A stretch of 64,000 nt of DNA from Octopus sinensis (lineage: Eukaryota): assembly GCF_006345805.1 (NCBI RefSeq), contig NC_043019.1, positions 8,369,360 to 8,433,359 on the forward strand, read 5' to 3'. How positions within the stretch are numbered: position 1 is the first letter of the stretch; each line of letters begins with the position of its first letter. A program made the translations under genes and the position numbers. The notes under the pieces were generated by a model. The model saw nothing but the letters and a program-made list of their open reading frames with translations, was not told the DNA's origin and searched no databases. Positions 1 through 12,860 of the stretch are shown here, piece by piece.

Positions 1-39
1 AGTGACCAACCTAAAACTAATACAGAGACCTTGTTTCCA

Positions 40-258
40 TTACTGCAGTGTTTGATCTGTTGTATTTGAAGAAATTTGGATTTCATAGACTAATAAGTCG
101 AGTGCATCTTTCTCAATATCACAGCGACTCTCACTCGCATTACCGAAATGCCGAGAGCCAAGCGATGTGCAAGATATCCGGTTCAGTGGAGCAACGAGAT
201 TTATGTAGACATCTCCAAGTTGGATGCCATGATATAACAAAGACCAGGGGTCGATCAC
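40..258 (-). mobile_element. possible decayed RT fragment of an RLE-type (R4/NeSL-like) non-LTR retrotransposon
   Basis: HGIQLGDVYINLVAPLNRI loosely resembles the RGIFQGDSLSPxxFxLALNPLSR motif; no intact YMDD seen. Confidence 0.2.
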
Positions 259-327
259 AAACCTGATTATTTACGAGTTCCAGCGCTCAACACACACACA
301 CAACACACACATATATATATATATATT

Positions 328-361
<34 letters not shown>

Positions 362-740
362 ATATCTATGTGTGTGAGTGTGTGTGTGTGTGTGTATATA
401 TTTATGTATATATAGATGTGTTTGTGTGTGTGTATGTATTTATATATACATATGTATGTATAAAGGGAGGCCCCAAAATAGGTTTACAGTTATCGTGTAG
501 GCACTTTAAAGTTCTTCTAAAAATGTTATTACGTTTGACTTACTACCTCACAAAGTAAATTAGTATGGAGTGATGGTTTCATAGTTTTTTTAATAATTAA
601 GTTATGTACTGTTAATATATCAATGCGAACGAATTAGTTGAATAACTTTAAAGTTGCATTTAGGCCACCATGTGTGTGTGTACATATATATATATATGTG
701 TGTGTGTACATATATATATATGTGTGTGTGTGTATACAGA

Positions 741-782
<42 letters not shown>

Positions 783-845
783 TTCATACATATATACACG
801 TAGATATATATACATATACATACCTATATTCATACAAATACTGGG

Positions 846-891
<46 letters not shown>

Positions 892-1493
892 GTGTGTATG
901 TATATCACCTTATGATTTGTAACTTTTACTAAACATGTGTAACGTGTAGAATTCTGAGGCCAAAATGAAGCAATTACTGTTATCATCATCACCATCATCA
1001 TTGTCATCGTTGTCGTCATCATCATCATCATCGTCACTCTCTACCTCTGATTTCTCCTTCGTCTTCATCTTTTCCTTCTCATCCTCCGGCTTTGCATTAT
1101 TGTTGTCTTCCGTCTTGTTAGTATTGTTTTTGTTGCCACTTTAAACTATGAAGTTTGCTGGAGAGAAGAAAAAAAGCAACTGTGTTGAGTGACAACATAA
1201 TAATAAGGAAGCCATTTAAATAAGAAACGCAACAAAATAAAAAACTAAAATTTAAAAGCCAAAAATTTCTCAAACAAGAGAAGGGAGAGAAATCAGGCAA
1301 AAAATTTTAATGCCTTTGCCGAATGGAACATTAAAAGCATGGAAACGTAAAAATAGAAACAGCTGAACGAAAATTGCCGACTTCAAGTAATTTACCTGTC
1401 AGCCGTCACCTGGAATTGATGAGTAGATTCGACCCATTGCGGTTTTCTTTTGTTCTAAGATGAGGAAGATGATGATATATGCATATATATATA

Positions 1494-1538
<45 letters not shown>

Positions 1539-3172
1539 GTGCGTGTCTGTCCATTTTGTATATGTATGATTATACATATATATACACACAAATATATATA
1601 TATATATTATATATATATATATATATATATGTATGTACATCCATACATTCATAGATAAAGATATATAGATATCGATATAAGTGTATATATGTATTCATGT
1701 TTGTATGCCTGCATGTACATATATGTATATACACAAGTATATATGTATGTATGTACGCAAGTATGCATATATGTATGTATGGGAGGAAAGATTCCATTTT
1801 CATAGGCAACAGATGTAAATTATTTAAGACTGAATAAGGAAATGAAAAGTTCCATGTTTTAACTCGTTTCGTTATTTACGAGTTAAGAATATTACGATAC
1901 TCCAGATGATGCATCGGGCTTCTAGAAAGAATGTTTTAAAAAATCTTTCTTAAGCTCAGACTCTTTCATTTTTATGAAGTCATTAAAAAATGCAGAGCGC
2001 GAAACGTTATGCTTGGGAAAATATGACAATGGAAATTAATAAATTATATTTAATTGTAATTTTATCTGTGATGGTAGACTTGCAGGTAATGAAAGAGATA
2101 AAATGAGACTTTTCCAAGAAATATACTGCATCGAAGAGAGATATTTGCCGTTCAGAAACACCTAAAGACTGTTAACTTTATTTAAAGATTTTGCAATGTA
2201 GTGTTAAAATTGTCGTGCTCGACAATGTGATCCGGTCACGGATATCATTACACGGACATCTCATGTGTGGATATATGGAAAATGATACATATAGTTTCAA
2301 CTATGTTGATTTCCTACATATTGTCAAAATCTGGGAAGCGTTGATTTGAATTCACTGAGATAAATACTAAAGGAAAATTCGAGTCCAACCACACCCTTTT
2401 CGATTCTGAAATAGAAATGGAATGATTCAGTGATATAGGGAATAATGGAAGTCCACAAAATTCACGAAGAAAATAAAATATTGAAAACAGAAAAAAAAAT
2501 GCGAAGGCTTTGAGGCGAATGTCTCTTGATGAACCTTTACGTTTGGAGATAACAAGTAAACTACCGCAACATATTCACCGCAAATATATTGACAAGCCAA
2601 TGAGAGTGTGAGTGAGCGAGTGAGTGAGTGAGTGAGTCTGTGTGTATGTCCAGCTGAATGCTATGATGTGGAAAGCAAATGAATCATCTTTAAGCCAGGA
2701 ATCTCAAAAATTTAACGAGTTTTATGAGACTGTTTATTAAATATACAAATTCGAAGTAACATGCGTTGTTGTGTGACAACATAATTTAACAATAACTGAG
2801 TAAATCATATAACTTAACTAACAAATTAATTACGAGGGCATATATTTATTACGCGCAATTACATTAAATGAATGTATTCCTTGTATGTGAATCAAGCATA
2901 TAGACATAATGTTTGGGTTTAGGTTGCAGCAATAGGCTTCAGATAAAGAGGAATCATTTAACAATTATCTATCCTGCCACATAGGAACGTTGGTGTTTGT
3001 CTCATTCCGAATAGGAAGAGCGTGACAACGCTCGCATGTGGCAAACTTGATAATGGTAAACATATTCTTTTTTAAATGAAACCATTGGGAGTCTTGCGAA
3101 CCCACAAATAATGCTTATCTACCAATGCCGTATTGATCACTCACTCTCACTATACCATATTAGCGTGGACGT

Positions 3173-3229
<57 letters not shown>

Positions 3230-3454
3230 TGTGTGTGTGTATATTATATATATGCGTGTGTGTGTGTATATATATAGATATATATGTGTGTGTGTGTATA
3301 TATAGATATACGTATATATGTATGGATGGATAGATAGAAACTAGGGTAAGCACGTTAATATGAAACAAGTTGGAAAATTTTAGTAGAACATCAGGTGTTC
3401 AGTAATAAGTTTTATTATTAAAGCTGCAAAAGGTTTAATAATAAAGTATATCTA

Positions 3455-3494
<40 letters not shown>

Positions 3495-4084
3495 AACATC
3501 CATTGACAGACTCTGATACGCACCCATGTAGCATAATGTAGCCATACTCTTCCCTATGGATCGGGCTCAATGCATAAAATTGTGTGTAATCGGGTGGGGA
3601 GGGATTCTTTCAATTGCTCACTTCCTTTCATTTTAATCTGATTACATAAATTTCTTTTTCCTCTTCCATGAATTAGTTTTATTTTATTTATTGGTTCCGC
3701 ATGTCTGTTATGCATCATTGTCAATGTCGGAGATTGTGGCATTTTTTTTATGTTAGTGGCCCTGTATAATTTAATTAAAACTTTGTGCAAGTGCAAACAC
3801 CGCATGCCTATATGCATGGTATGCACACTGCAGTCAATTTCGGTCAGTTTTATGGGGCTTCAGTGAGGTAGGTGCGTGATTGATGATCGATATTGGGGTT
3901 AGTAATTTTATTTCTATGCAGGCAGTGCCATGGTGTGAGGTACATCGGCTGAAGTTCTGGATATTGTTTGAAGTTCAACATATTTTGACGTCAATAGAGT
4001 CGTACATACAGAGCAATTCATAATCACACGCATAACTACACGCGAACACATATATACACTTATATATATACTTCTCTCTCTCTC

Positions 4085-4089
4085 TCATG

Positions 4090-4122
<33 letters not shown>

Positions 4123-4365
4123 TATACACACTTATATTTATATATACTTATATTTGTACATATATATATATATATATACACATTTATATATACTTATATT
4201 TGTATATATTATATATTATATATATATATAATATATATATACACACTTATATTTATATATACTTATATTTGTATATATATATATTATATACACACTTATA
4301 TTTATATATACTTATATTTGTATATATATATGTATATACACACTTATATTTATATATACTTATTT

Positions 4366-4408
<43 letters not shown>

Positions 4409-4576
4409 TTATATTTATATATACTTATATTTGTATATATATATATATATATATACACACTTATATTTATATATACTTATATTTGTATATATATATATAT
4501 ACACACTTATATTTATATACTTATATTTGTATATATATATATATATATATATACACACTTATATTTATATACTTAT

Positions 4577-4615
<39 letters not shown>

Positions 4616-4745
4616 TTATATTTATATATACTTATATTTGTATATATATATATATTATATATATATATATATATACACACTTATATTTATATATACTTAT
4701 ATTTGTATATATATTTATATTTATACATTTATATATATACATATA
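4085..4745. repeat. minisatellite: ACACACTTATATTTATATATACTTATATTTG plus a variable (TA)n spacer
   Basis: about a dozen tandem units visible directly. Confidence 0.9.
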
Positions 4746-5061
4746 CGCTGTCTCTTTGTTTTTCGTAAACTCTTCAATGATGTCCATGAAATTCTTCTGG
4801 GAAACGAGTTTATAAATGTGTCAAGAATACAGAGATGATAGAAATTTATGTATATGATATTCTGACTGTAGACCGAATTCTCTCTCAGAGAGATACTCTA
4901 TGGAAATTATTACAGTGAATTGTGCGATGGCAATTTAATTCTTCTTACAACATATTCTATTGTAAGTGGTGGCAATTTATACAGGTCGGAAATGATAAAA
5001 AGATTCTTGATAAAATGATACAAAGAATCATCACCATCATCATCGTCGTCATCATCAGCAA

Positions 5062-5095
<34 letters not shown>

Positions 5096-5344
5096 TGGAT
5101 GATTATAATAGTAATAATGACAATAATAACAGCAATAATAGTAATCCGTTCTTCGAAAGTTACAAGGCCTCAATTGTTTTTGTAGGGTGGGGGTGGAGAC
5201 GAGGCCAAGTTATCGACCCAATATTTCACTGGTATTTCATTTTTCGACATCGAAAGGATGGAAGTCAATTTCGAACTATCTGGAATTTGAATTCAGAACA
5301 TAGAAATCACATCGAGCAAATATTTTGCTCAATACCACTGATTT

Positions 5345-5698
5345 TCTGGTCAGTTGTTTGACCATAAACCAGTTGAGTCTCTCCCTTAGTGGCTGACGAT
5401 ATGTGCATCTTTGATCACGAGCAGAAGTAGTGGGGGAGCATCATAGCCATGTGTTAAGGGTGACTTTTTGGAGTTTGTATATTTCGCATCTAGGAACATA
5501 GGTGATTTGTTCAACATCCTTTAACAAACCTTATTCAGGGACCTTTTGGGCGGAATTTGTTACTCGACCTGAAGAGAATTCTAAGAGGCCCCAGTTTTAA
5601 GGTCATGTGCTCGATATTATCAGAGGGGTACTCATGATATGTTTATATTCGAATATTTGTACCCCTGTGGTAGTTTGATGACATGCGCTTCTCTCGCA

Positions 5699-5731
<33 letters not shown>

Positions 5732-5732
5732 T
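5345..5732 (+). mobile_element. interspersed SINE-like retroelement (family 3) ending in an (AAT)n tail
   Basis: homologous to the reverse-strand copy at 6955-7175; ends CTCTCGCAAT(TAA)n. Confidence 0.55.
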
Positions 5733-6019
5733 TCATTTATTTTCCACAAGCGTGAAATTTAAGAGGGACCATAGAAAGGGAGACATATAGTGTTGAGGTT
5801 TACATATAAGGAAATGATAAAAGGGAAAGATAGTAAAAAATGTAAAATGTGTCAGGAAGGATGACAGATGTTTCCCTTCTGTTGGAGGAATCCCTCTGCT
5901 CGAGATTTCCTTGAAACTCCAAGAGAAAATCCCCTCTCCAATTCCTTCTCTCCGTCTCACATTAGAGAGGTACCATTTCTTCAACAGTCCTGCAATTTAC
6001 AAGAGGAGATAAGCCGAAA

Positions 6020-6160
6020 ATCGACCCCAGTATTTGACTGGTACTTCTAAACTATGAAAAACAAAGTCGACGTTGTCGGAATTTGAACCCAGAAAGCAAT
6101 GACAGAGGAAATTCCACTATGCATTTTGTCTGGCATGTTACCATTTCTGCCACCTTGCCA
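6020..6160 (-). mobile_element. tRNA-derived SINE family 1 fragment
   Basis: reverse complement of the GTTCAAATTCCG..GTCGACTTTG..GTACCAG..CTGGGGTCGAT motifs. Confidence 0.6.
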
Positions 6161-6954
6161 TTCTATTGCTGTTGAAGATTATAGGCACTTTGACTGTACC
6201 AGAGACACGATACAGTTATAACTCCATTGATTAGAACTAATCTGATCTTCAAGAAGTGGACTCAATTTTATGAAATTCCGTTAGATTGCTCCCTCGGTTT
6301 TTCGACACGTGTGTAATAGTAACAGTGATGGTATTTAATGTGGTTCGACGATTTAGCGTCTCATTTCAGCATAAAGGCAAGAATTCTTTCTATGCCCTTA
6401 ATCAGAATTGTATATGCATATGTATGTGTGTGTGCGCGCGCGTACGTGTGAGTTCTAAACGAAGTTATTTTATGGCATTCTGTTGATTGAAGCAGCAAAG
6501 TTCTCCACTCGAACATATGGTCGATCATACAGGATTATATGTTTCTTCGTTAATTTCCGTAAGCATATTTTATGTCTTTATGCTTTGAAGAGGGTAGAAA
6601 TTGAAAGAGAGGAGAATGTGAAAGGGCGACATTTGCTTTGAAGTGAATGCAGAAGGTGGACGATGTATGTTCGTGAATATGAGATGGACTTGTCTGTTTT
6701 CGTATGTGCGTGAGAGAGAGAAAGATAAGTGTGTGTTGTCAGGTATCCATCATTTGCATGCTTGTAGATACCATTCACTCTCTCTCTCTCACTGATTTTC
6801 TCGTGCACACAAACACAATATCTGTTATAAACACGTATATAAATACATAGGCATACATCGTTTTTGTATGTATGTGCGCGTGTGCATGTGAAAGGGGGAG
6901 TGAAGAATTAGAAAATGGCACAATGACGGCGATGATGATGACAAGAAAAAGAAA

Positions 6955-7175
6955 TATTTTTATTCATATTGAGTGAATGCAGAGCATGTCATCAAAGTGA
7001 TACAGGGATAAAATACACGAAACCTAGTATACCCTTCATGACTACCGATCTAATAACGGTACACCAATCACATGCATCACGACCATGTGGGCGCGACATG
7101 GTAATCTTCTATCACGATAAACAGCACATGACACTGCCAGTGGGGCCCCGTTAGAATTTTCTTCATGTGGAGTAT
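6955..7175 (-). mobile_element. SINE-like family 3, 3' part
   Basis: reverse-strand homology to 5560-5700. Confidence 0.55.
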
Positions 7176-7260
7176 TCTATCCAGTTCTATATTTCAGAGA
7201 TGAGGAATTCTGTACATTATTTACATTCGACGGATATTTGTCGTCATGTTGTTTGTTGCT

Positions 7261-7306
7261 AATACAACGATTCGGTTGATATACCCTCCAGCTTTCATCA
7301 GCTCTT
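7261..7306 (-). ncRNA. decayed type I hammerhead ribozyme (family A)
   Basis: CUGAUGA-A-AGCUG..CAACC-GAAU-CGU-U; GAAA is mutated to GAAU and the stems are weakened. Confidence 0.6.
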
Positions 7307-7375
7307 TGGGGAAATTTCGAACATGGGTTCTTATTCTTAAAGTATTTTTCGATATTATTATTATTATTACTGTCC

Positions 7376-7450
7376 AGGTCACTGCTTGGAATCGAACTCA
7401 GAATCTTGGGGTCAGTAGCCCGCGCTCTTAACCGCTACGACTTATACCCG
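7376..7450 (-). ncRNA. tRNA-like cassette (A and B box) inside the PLE terminal repeat
   Basis: GTAGCGGTTAAGAGCGCGGGCTACTGACCCCAAGATTCTGAGTTCGATTCC followed by (AAT)n; an inverted copy lies at 7875-7938. Confidence 0.7.
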
Positions 7451-7451
7451 C

Positions 7452-7796
7452 TTATAAATCTAATATTTTTCTATCCTTCCTTAATACCGGTTCCCTTATA
7501 CTACTGATATCTACACTCGGTCTGCTTAGAAGGTTGTTGTGTCCTAGCATATGTGCTGCTGCGTTTAATTTTCTTATTTTCCAGTGGTGTTCTCTGTCTA
7601 TTATTTTAACTTCATCCCACAGGGGGAGGTGGTCTCCATTTTTCCATACATTATGACCTATACCCAATTTATCAATATCTCTTCGTGTCACAGATTTGCG
7701 AGGACCATCTACCCTTATTTTGAGGGGGCGGCATGTTTCACCTTTGTATAACCTACTACAGCTGCATGGGATGGAGTGCATGCAGTCTTTGGTCAT
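7452..7796 (-). pseudogene. Penelope GIY-YIG endonuclease fragment
   Basis: CMHSIPCSCSRLYKGETCRPLKIRV...WDEVKIIDREHHWKIRKLNAAAHM...LLSRPS matches the PLE xYxIPCxCGxxYIGETxRxLxxR pattern. Confidence 0.85.
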
Positions 7797-7969
7797 ATTC
7801 TTATATGGGGAGCGGTATTAACGAAGAATAGAAAAATAGATTTATAAGCCCTAAATTTCACTCCATAATTGCCCACGGCAATGGTTAAGAGCGCGGGTTA
7901 CTAACCCCAAGATTCTGAGTTCGATTCCAAAGCAGTGAGAATATATGGGAGGCTTTATCCATAATGAGG

Positions 7970-8215
7970 TGAACTGGCAGAAACTTTAGCACGCCGGGCG
8001 AAATGATTAAAGGTATTTCGTCTGTCGCCACGTTCTGAGTTCAAATGCCTTTCATCCTTTCGGGGACGATTAAATAAGTACCAGTTACGCACTGGGGTCG
8101 ATATAGTTAACTTACTCCGTTTGTCTATCTTTGTTTTTCCGCTCTGTGTTTAACCGCTACGTTCTGTACTTAAATCCGCTGTGGTAGACTTTGCCTTTCA
8201 TCTTTTCATGGTCCC
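7970..8215 (+). mobile_element. SINE family 1
   Basis: CTGGCAGAAAC..GCACGCCGGGCGAAATG..GAGTTCAAAT..GCCTTTCATCCTTTCGGGG. Confidence 0.85.
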
Positions 8216-8239
8216 CAAATTCTTATTAATAGTTGTAGT

Positions 8240-8455
8240 AAGGCGGCGAGCTGGCAGAAACGTTAGGACGCCGGGCGAAATCCTCATCGGTATTTCGTCT
8301 GCCGCTAAGCTCCAAGTTCAAATTCCGCTGAGGTCGATTTTGCCTTTCATTCTTCCTGGGTCAATTAAATACGTACCAGTTATGCACTTGGGGCCATGTA
8401 ATCGACTCAACCCCCCACCTCCTCAAGCTACCATTGTAGCAAAAATTTGAAATAA
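8240..8455 (+). mobile_element. SINE family 1
   Basis: GGCGGCGAGCTGGCAGAAACGTTAG head and the same core motifs. Confidence 0.85.
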
Positions 8456-8849
8456 TTATTAATAGTAGTAGTAAAAGTAGAAGCAGGAGAAGGACGAGGA
8501 GGAGAAGAGGAAAAAACAGCAAAATATAAACAACACCAATAATCCATTTTAGTTAAGTGCAAATCTTTATTTACGTTAAATGAAAAATAAATTTCAAATT
8601 ACTTTCCGTCTCACTTATGCATAATTCATGATTAGTTCTTCTGTAAAATATTCTTTCAACTCTGGTTTTGAGTAGACAAGGAGGTGACATAGAAATGCAT
8701 ATTTACAAATATCTATACATCTAACGCTATCGTACACATAGACGTAAGTATGCAAGAGCAGATATTCTATGTATACATATGTAAATATATGTTTATACGA
8801 GTATATCTCTTTCTCTCGCTCATTCTCTATGTATGTTATAGGTATGTGC

Positions 8850-8901
<52 letters not shown>

Positions 8902-9049
8902 GGCGGTGCCCCAGCATGGCCACAGCTCATAAGCTGAAACTGGAAAAATCAAAATCAAAATCAATATATATAATTGTTAGAGGACAAAACACGTTAAAGC
9001 AAGACAGACATCAAGTCATATACGTTATTATTGGAAAAGAATTCAGAGT

Positions 9050-9620
9050 CTTACAGCTGTTTCAGGATTATCCCAGGGTATGTGATATTCCGTCTTCGAA
9101 GTCAAATAGGAACAATGAAAAGGGTATTGATGAATGAATCGACGATATAGATGTTAGAAGGAATACAGAGATGAAGAATAAGGAAGCATGAAAGTTCAGT
9201 TCAAATTTCCATTCGTGTAGATGTTAGTCCTTATTATATTAATGTTATCTACACGTTTATCAAAGTCATGCAATAGCATACATATCCCTCGTTAGCTCAT
9301 TTCTATTTATTTCTAATTTAGCCCTAGGTCAGTTATGATCGTGTATACTTGTTATCTTTTTGTTCCGTCAGCCATGGTTTTTGTACAGTGCATTGACCAG
9401 TTAAACCTATGTTTTAAGTAATACTGTTTTGTGTTCTTTTTTTTTAAGAAGAAGATTAAGCTGTTATTTCTGTTAGGTCAGCCGTAATGTTAACATATCC
9501 ACTTGGCGCCTTAGAATTGTCCATTTTGTTCGTATTCTTTTGGATGTGCGAGTAGATAAATTAGCAGTGTTATTATGCACGTAATCATCCATTATTTTGA
9601 TATATCCTGGACATGATTAT
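9050..9620 (-). mobile_element. possible decayed RTE-type LINE RT fragment
   Basis: KAPSGYVNITADL resembles KAPGxDxITAELL; DFDKRVDNIN resembles DFEKAFDSIN; many stop codons. Confidence 0.3.
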
Positions 9621-10339
9621 CCGATAGGAATTTGACTGATAGTCTAACAGGTAAGCTATCTTGTTGATGATTCTTTATTGGTTCGTAAATACATACTTAT
9701 ACGGAGATGAATAGTCAGTAGATTAATATTTCCAGCACATAACAAGGCTCACATTATCTTCATTATACATTGCTGCTCCTATACTGGATCCTATATCGTA
9801 ATACTGACCTTTAATCAAGTTGACCTACGCGAAATACAAACACACATACGTTTATGCGTTGTGATATTTTACAGTTGCGTTGCATAGAATTCCTGCGCAC
9901 GTCTCTGCAACGCAGACAGGAGATTTGCGGTTGAGAGTTTTGCAGGAATTACCGTTTATACTGAGAATTAAAGTCACAGAATAAATTAAACTGCAGAGGA
10001 ATGGTCATTTCTTATACGATCACTCCTCCTCCTTATGCTTCCAGAGCGATTTGTCAACTACCCTCAATTAACACGAAATATAATATTTAAAATAACCCTA
10101 TAGATTAAGATGTCCCACTGATATTTAAGTCCTTATTTGCTTTTCTCACCTCTCTACAATAAACCCTTCTAGGTTTTATAACCCTTAATAATAACAATGA
10201 TGTACAAATGTAGCTAAATTATTTTTCGATAAAAGAATTTTCCGTCAAGATCAACAAATATAAAAAACCGTGTGCGTAAAATTGTACTTATATGCCTAAG
10301 AATATATGGATACCTGTGTAATTTATAAAGAATTCTGAG

Positions 10340-10555
10340 TTGGCGAGCTGGCACAATGGTTAGCAAGCAAGGCAAAATGCAAAGCGACGTTCCGTTGGTT
10401 TTTACCTTCAGAGTTCACACGCTGTCGGGGTTGACTTTGCATTTCACTCATTTGGGGTCGATAAATTATGTACCGCTGAGCACTGGGGTCGATGTAATTG
10501 ACTTGGTCGCCTGACTGAAATTGCTGGCCTTGGGCCTAAAATTTGGAACGAGAAC
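10340..10555 (+). mobile_element. SINE family 1 (diverged)
   Basis: GGCGAGCTGGCA head; GTTGACTTTGC..GGGGTCGATAAAT..GTACC..CACTGGGGTCGATGTAAT. Confidence 0.8.
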
Positions 10556-12399
10556 AATAAATGAATGATTATAAAATCCTCATATCTTATATTTTCCTTG
10601 CTAGGAATTCATGTTTCTGCAAGAGAAAGCTTTTATAAAACATGTTTTTGGTAACGACGCTAACGCAATACAAAAAACAGTAAAAGAATATAAAGGGACT
10701 GATATATATGCAAGAAAGCAGAATCTATCCAATATGCTAGTGCCATATCTTAGGCGAGCAGAATTGTGCTGACTGCTATCATAACGTGAACATTTTCTCA
10801 CTTCTGTCGTCGAATAATTTTCATACATATGGCGACACCTATCTTTGTAAAAGCAACTTAAACACACTTTTTTTTTAAACAGTAATATCTTTCGAATAAT
10901 TGACTCCTGTTTATTGTTCAAATCTTATTATGAATATGTAATCCAGCAAAACGGGCTCCACTGAGATAAATAAGTAAAAATGATGAGAAATATCGTGTTA
11001 TTGAAAGAAAATAAACAAGATTTTTATAAGATGTAGTGTGCAGTTATTTAACGCTGGAAGACTATTTGGCTCCGTATCTTTAAACACGAGATAAATATTG
11101 CAGCCATAGAGAGAAACTAAATTATCGTTCTATAATTGCCATTGATTAAACTTGTAGCATGCCTTAGCAAAATTGCCGGCATGAAATTAGAAAGAAAAAT
11201 AACGATATATACAAAAGCTTTATTTCAGAGTTTGCAAATATGTTTAAATGAAAGATGAAGTATGATAGGTTATAATTGTATTAAAGAAATATGGTCGATA
11301 GATATTGTCCTTTTCCAGTTTAAAAATTGACAAATAAACATTGAGCTGCATGTTGCTAACAGGTTATCATACACAAATCTTATTCTGAATATACAGTAGG
11401 AAACTTTGCAACGACAGCTGAATTGTAGTTGCATTCATTTAGCTTGCTGTAGATACACCACTCAAATTCTTTCAGTGCAGTTTACGGTTTGAAGAAGACA
11501 TGTTCTCCTAGGCTGTGATCGTGAAACACAACCATCTGGGTTTTGAATGACATCAGCGACTGAGAGGCACTATTAGATACGCAGATTCAGTCACTCACAA
11601 CCAGATAAGATCTGCCGGTCCTAAACGTGAACAGATTTTGCCCTCATGTCTAAAGCTTTGTCAGGTTATAATTATTTTCAATGGATTAATTAGAAAAGAG
11701 AACAAAACGGCCTTTCGTACTTGTTAGGGTCTTTCACCGTGATGGCAGACAAATAAAATATCGTTGCAGATGTCATCTAGACGGACTGACAGTAATGTCT
11801 ACAGGGCAGCAGTAATGGGCCTTAATAAAGGGACACAGTACACTTGTAGCGTTGAACTGAATGTCCTATTAAATGTAACTAATCTAAAATGATTTCTTTA
11901 GAAATAGCATAATCTACGTTTTTTTTTATGTTGGAATTGTAACCAAAGATATTGTAGCAAAAGAAAATATTTGGAAAATTGTAAGGTCCTGGTAAGAATA
12001 TAGTTTATCAGGAATGTGTAGAAGAAAGAAGAAAACCGGAGGCAGACGTGTAAGATGTGTTGAAAGGTAACGGGTATGATCATACGGACATTCCAGGTAA
12101 ATACACACGCATACACACAGACGAACAGTCACACATCCTGCACACATACCTACCTATTTGAAACATCTCCATTAAGCATAGTGCTGCGAGTAACCATATG
12201 CTACATCTCATTCTAATACGCTTCAGCGTAGAGAGGTCGTTGAGTACTGAGCAGAGCAGCAATTAATGAACGAGCAAAAGGGAGCGATTATGTAATCCCT
12301 GCATCTTTTGTCATTCACCATTTCACACACACAGACACACACACACGAAGTGATAGCGTTGAATATTATAACGATAATGAAAGCGATGGTGGTGATAAT

Positions 12400-12860
12400 G
12401 ATACAGACAGTGATGATGGTAGCAAAGCAAGAAGAAAGGAATAGGGATTTAAATATTTAAATATGTGGGAAAGATGATGACGACGACGATAATGATGATT
12501 ATTCTGATTAGGACAATGCGCGTATTGGCGAATATGATGACGATGGTGCTACCCATGAGGTATCACATTATGCTGAGGGTGATGAAGGGAGGAGGAAAGA
12601 GATGGTGATTAGCATTGTCATTAATATGTGCCTCGTTAAACGATGACAATGAACATACCGAAGGAGATGCAGATAATACTGATGATGATGGTGATAGTGA
12701 TGATGACGAAGACGATAAGGACGACGACGATGATAATGACGATGATGAAGAGGACGATGCCGAAGTTGAAGGTGAAGATGACGAAGCCAATGATGAGGAG
12801 GATAGCGAATGATATTGTTGTGGATAAAGACGAGGACGAAAAAGATTTTCCGAAACATTA
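12400..12860. repeat. degenerate (GAT/GAC/GAA)n trinucleotide low-complexity tract
   Basis: triplet periodicity; the Asp/Glu-rich ORF is a by-product. Confidence 0.8.

Larger units (their letters stand above)
7178..7940 (-). mobile_element. Penelope-like element (family A): GIY-YIG, 3' pLTR with tRNA-like cassette and HHR, plus an inverted partial pLTR at 7812-7938
   Basis: GIY-YIG ORF present; 7812-7850 (+) repeats the ORF end in the opposite orientation; HHR-bearing tail is shared with 27180-27366. Confidence 0.85.

Noticed and set aside
3560-3960. Possible LINE endonuclease remnant (SIINHAPTS); similar weak traces at 11400-11900, 19500-20400, 22900-23140, 25900-26300 and 34900-35400
   Set aside because: Single short motifs in stop-riddled frames; not distinguishable from chance without a profile search.
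7376-7450. Functional tRNA gene (also 7875-7938 and 27075-27150)
   Set aside because: Acceptor stem does not pair and all copies sit inside a repeat; treated as a tRNA-derived cassette.
12615-12812. Highly acidic D/E-rich ORF
   Set aside because: Lies within a longer GAY/GAR triplet tract with stops nearby; no supported splice sites or domain.
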